64,000 nucleotides of DNA, taken from the NCBI GenBank assembly GCA_050250895.1, contig JBFWNU010000003.1, positions 554,842-618,841 on the forward strand. Reading direction: 5' to 3'. The notes beneath the pieces are model-generated. The model saw only the letters and a list, made by a program, of their open reading frames with translations. It was not told the DNA's origin and ran no database searches. A program made the position numbers and the translations under genes. This stretch comes from Vulcanimicrobiota bacterium (lineage in GTDB: Bacteria; Vulcanimicrobiota; Xenobia; Xenobiales; JADMJV01). Position 1 is the first letter of the stretch. The number at the start of each line of letters is the position of its first letter. Positions 60,716 through 64,000 of the stretch are shown piece by piece.

Positions 60716-61306
60716 CTAGTAGGCGCCGTCGATGTAGACCTTCTGGTCGGGGCTGTCGAGCGTCACGTTGCGCACGGTGGTCGAGCCATCTTCCCAGCTG
60801 ACCGTGACCTGATAGGTCTTGCCGACCTCGGCGCCTTCGAACGAGCCTTCCTGACTCGAGAAGCCGCCATAGTTCTGGTCGCTCCGTTGGCGAGTCTTCC
60901 AATCACCTTTCTCGTGGATGGTGATTTCTTTGGGCTTGACGCCGTCGTTGCGGTTGCCGGCTACGACCGTCAGGTTGCCGTCGGCGCCGGTGGTGGAATC
61001 TTTGGGTTTGTCCGGATTTTGCGTGCCCGGAGGGCGAACTGCTTCGAGGGCCGCGTTGAGGGCCATCATGTCGGTCAAGAAACGACTGGTGTCGTTGAGA
61101 TAACCGGAGCTGTAGGGCGAAGGGATACCCGGGATGATGTCGAGGGGCTCGAAGCCCTGGCCCAGGCTGACCGTGTCTTGCCCGAAGGTGGAGGGCATCG
61201 AGGGCACGGTGCCCAGCATCTGGGACTGGACGCTCTGGAGCAGCGCCATGCGGCGCATCGCGATGAGATCTCTGGGGGTTATCGCGGCTAAGGTCGGCGG
61301 CATCAT
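60716..61306 (-). CDS. Hypothetical protein: low-complexity N-terminus and beta-rich C-terminal domain
   Basis: ORF between annotated genes; QDTVSLG motif. Confidence 0.6.
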   Translation of the reverse strand: MMPPTLAAITPRDLIAMRRMALLQSVQSQMLGTVPSMPSTFGQDTVSLGQGFEPLDIIPGIPSPYSSGYLNDTSRFLTDMMALNAALEAVRPPGTQNPDKPKDSTTGADGNLTVVAGNRNDGVKPKEITIHEKGDWKTRQRSDQNYGGFSSQEGSFEGAEVGKTYQVTVSWEDGSTTVRNVTLDSPDQKVYIDGAY

Positions 61307-61396
61307 TCTATCTATATCCGTCTCTCCTGAAAATTCACTGAAATCATGTCTCAGGAGGGGCCGCGAGGTTGTGAATCGGATGTAAACTGAGGGACG

Positions 61397-62098
61397 TTAG
61401 GTGCAGGTGCCTTCGCAACAGTAATAGGTGGAAACGCCAGAACTGCCTGCATCGTCTCGAGCGTCGTCGCAGGAGCGCCGACAGAAGTTGAAACCCGCCA
61501 TGGCCACACAGCCCGAGAACCCGCTGGTGCCGTCTTCGATACAGCCCCGAAAGCCAGTGTTGGCGTCATCCGAGCAGGTGCCGGTCGTGCAGTCTCCGCC
61601 GGCGCACATGCGCTCGGTCATGCAAAAGCAATTGGTGCAGGTGGGGCAGGCGGTCGCGCAGACACCGGCTCCGTCATCGCAACAGTTGGCGCAGGTGGTG
61701 GGCGGATCGCCGGTGCCGGGGCAGTCGCCGAAGTCCACCTCCATAAAGCAAGCCGAGGCGGCCGCCGCAGTCGAGGGAAGAACGACGGAAGTGATGATGG
61801 GCACGGCGGCGGCGGCCTGACCCACTTTCTTGAGGAAGTCTCGGCGGCTGGGGCCGGAGCGCACCTCTGCCAGCAGTCTCTGCTGGGCTAGGAGTTGCAA
61901 GGCGTGTTCGACGACTGCGGGCTCTAGCGATTGGGTGATCTCGTGCCAGGTCGCGCCCTGTTGGCAGTGGCGATAGACCTGGGCCAGGGTCGGGTTGAGC
62001 AGATGACACTGCGATCCGTGGGGAAGATAGACCAGCAATTCGTCGCCGAGTGCTTGGAGGACGGCGGGGCGAAGCGCGGGGAGATTTTCTGACATCAC
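61397..62098 (-). CDS. PqqD/RRE domain fused to a twin-arginine-like motif and a Cys-rich tail
   Basis: GDELLVY...HLLNPT...VYRHC; SRRDFLKK; VPIITSVVLPSTAAAAS; 20 Cys in the tail. Confidence 0.8.
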   Translation of the reverse strand: MMSENLPALRPAVLQALGDELLVYLPHGSQCHLLNPTLAQVYRHCQQGATWHEITQSLEPAVVEHALQLLAQQRLLAEVRSGPSRRDFLKKVGQAAAAVPIITSVVLPSTAAAASACFMEVDFGDCPGTGDPPTTCANCCDDGAGVCATACPTCTNCFCMTERMCAGGDCTTGTCSDDANTGFRGCIEDGTSGFSGCVAMAGFNFCRRSCDDARDDAGSSGVSTYYCCEGTCT

Positions 62099-62198
62099 AC
62101 CGACTTCGCGGCACGGCAGGACAGCCCTGCAGCCGCGCAGGACCCTACTGTCCGTGGGTGGTATCTGACTACAGGATGTTCCATGTCCGAAACCAGGG

Positions 62199-62867
62199 TT
62201 GGCTGTGAGCCTCGAGGTTCTCTACCAGGACGAGCATCTTTGCGTGGTGCTCAAACCGGCGGGTCTGGTGGTTCATCCCACCCGCGGAGCCGACGACCGG
62301 GTGACCTGCATGAGTCTGGTGCGCGACATGCTGGACCAATGGGTCTATCCCATCCATCGCCTCGACCGCGGCACCTCGGGAGTGCTGGTTTTTCCCCTCT
62401 CCTCGGAAGACGCCCGGGTCATCGGGCGCGCCTTTGCCGAGCACCGAGTCGAGAAGGTCTACTATGCCGTCACCCGGGGCTGGGTGGGCGAGGGGGTCGA
62501 GACCAGCGAGATCGACGGCAAGACCGCCGAGACGACCTATCGTTGCCTGGCCCGCACCGAGGTTGCTATCCCCGTCGAGCCCCATTCATCGGCCCGCTAC
62601 TCGCTGGTCGAAGCGCGTCCGCGTTCGGGGGTGCACCACCAGATTCGTCGGCACTTGCGCCGGGCCGGACACCCGATTCTGGGCGACACGCGTCACGGTC
62701 ACAAGGGCCACAACGAGATGGTGCGCGAGCGGTTCGGCTTCGAGCGTCTGGCTCTGCACGCCGGTAGGCTGGTGTTGCCTCATCCCCGCACCGAAGAGCC
62801 GCTCCTCCTCGAGGCTCCCCTCACGCCCGACCTGCAGCGACTGCTCGCGCAGCTTGGCCTGGTTTAG
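62199..62867 (+). CDS. RNA pseudouridine synthase (RluA/TruC family)
   Basis: KPAGLVVH, HRLDRGTSG, HQIRRH, GHPILGD, LALHA. Confidence 0.93.
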   Translation: MAVSLEVLYQDEHLCVVLKPAGLVVHPTRGADDRVTCMSLVRDMLDQWVYPIHRLDRGTSGVLVFPLSSEDARVIGRAFAEHRVEKVYYAVTRGWVGEGVETSEIDGKTAETTYRCLARTEVAIPVEPHSSARYSLVEARPRSGVHHQIRRHLRRAGHPILGDTRHGHKGHNEMVRERFGFERLALHAGRLVLPHPRTEEPLLLEAPLTPDLQRLLAQLGLV

Positions 62868-63346
62868 AGCTTGATTCGATAGGATAGAGCGACCTTCTGA
62901 GGGGGCAGGCTCAGAGCATAAGTCTTGCCATCGTACTCGATGGCAATCACCGCGACGAGTTCACCCTCCTGCGTGATCTTCAGGGCCCCGGTCTCTTGCT
63001 GGGCCACGGGTTGGCCGCTGACAAAGAACTGGCAGGCCCGCACATTGGCACTCCACTTCTGCCCGCCCTCTTCGCCCTTGAGGCTGATGATGCCCACGGG
63101 TTGACAAGAGCGCACCACGCACCGCGACAAGCGCAGGTTGCCATAGTTAGGTTCGGCGGCCCAGTGGACCTCGGCCTTCCAGTTCAGTTCGACCAGGCGG
63201 GGCGCCAGGTCGGCCACGGCCTTGGGCCACTGCTCGGGAGTGCCCCCTTGCAGCTGAAGAGGAGAGGCCGGAGCGAGATCCACCACCTGCTGGGCCGCGG
63301 CCGGACCCACCAACAGGCAGACAAGAAGAAGCAAAGCGCGTTTCAT
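62864..63346 (-). CDS. Hypothetical secreted protein
   Basis: MKRALLLLVCLLVGPAAA signal peptide; start placed at 63346. Confidence 0.65.
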   Translation of the reverse strand: MKRALLLLVCLLVGPAAAQQVVDLAPASPLQLQGGTPEQWPKAVADLAPRLVELNWKAEVHWAAEPNYGNLRLSRCVVRSCQPVGIISLKGEEGGQKWSANVRACQFFVSGQPVAQQETGALKITQEGELVAVIAIEYDGKTYALSLPPQKVALSYRIKL

Positions 63347-63429
63347 CAGCCACGATTCTGCTCGCCCCAGGTCACCTCCTGGCCGGTCCAGCTCCGCTCT
63401 CGGCCGGGCCCTCGCCTCGGCTTGTCGCC

Positions 63430-64000
63430 GGCTCGGCCGGGCTTGGCGTTTGGCCGGGGCGAGTACGGCACCAGGTGGCGCCGAAGTCGGCACGTGATGG
63501 CGCCGTACTCCTCGCCTTGCTCTTCCGTGCGGAAGTCGGCTCGCCGCCAGTTGGCCCGGGCCCGCCAGCTCGCCCGGACGGACAACGACCCGGGGTGGTT
63601 GTAACGCGACTTGCCCCGCTGGCTCGGCCGGGCTTGGCGTTTGGCCGGGGCGAGTACGGCACCAGGTGGCGCCGAATTCGGCACGTGGTGGCGCCGTACT
63701 CCTCGCCTTGCTCTTCCGTGCGGAAGTCGGCTCGCCGCCAGTTGGCCCGGGCCCGCCAGCTCGCCCGGACGGACAACGACCCGGGGTGGTTGTACGCGAC
63801 TTGCCCCGCTGGCTCGGCCGGGCTTGGCGTTTGGCCGGGGCGAGTACGGCACCAGGTGGCGCCGAATTCGGCACGTGGTGGCGCCGTACTCCTCGCCTTG
63901 CTCTTCCGTGCGGAAGTCGGCTCGCCGCCAGTTGGCCCGGGCCCGCCAGCTCGCCCGGACGGACAACGACCCGGGGTGGTTGTACGCGACTTGCCCCGCT
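63430..64000. repeat. About 190-bp tandem array (3 or more units, runs off the window) sharing the palindromic core of the 46-48 kb array, inverted
   Basis: GAGTACGGCACC at 63461, 63652 and 63842, followed by GCCGAATTCGGCAC...GCCGTAC and CTCTTCCGTGCGGAAGTCGGC. Confidence 0.95.

Overview
A GC-rich bacterial chromosomal segment with about 55 credible genes and no recognisable rRNA, tRNA, CRISPR array or prophage. The gene style suggests Candidatus Eremiobacterota/Vulcanimicrobiota, but this is inference only. Housekeeping genes (aroF, PBP1A, murB, sulfurtransferase-sufE, a pseudouridine synthase) flank an accessory region at about 26.6-45 kb. That region holds a DUF222-like HNH nuclease, immunity-like genes and several pseudogenes, and a rifamycin phosphotransferase lies just upstream of it. 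Main unexplained signals: (1) a 131-bp structured element with covarying stems, present as 1.25 tandem copies after murB and as a clean insertion splitting an Rpn-family nuclease gene. (2) A 16-bp palindrome family, ACTTCC-N4-GGAAGT, found inside and on both sides of the HNH gene, singly after several gene ends, and repeated in two non-CRISPR palindrome arrays (46.35-48.3 kb and 63.4-64 kb). (3) Proteins without Sec signals that share an FlgM-like N-terminal motif and upstream DNA motifs; two of them share a new duplicated N-terminal domain, and one carries a HExxH protease. (4) A PqqD/RRE-Tat-20Cys fusion protein. (5) A DoeA-ALDH-threonine aldolase operon. All family assignments come from motif recognition by eye; no database searches were run.
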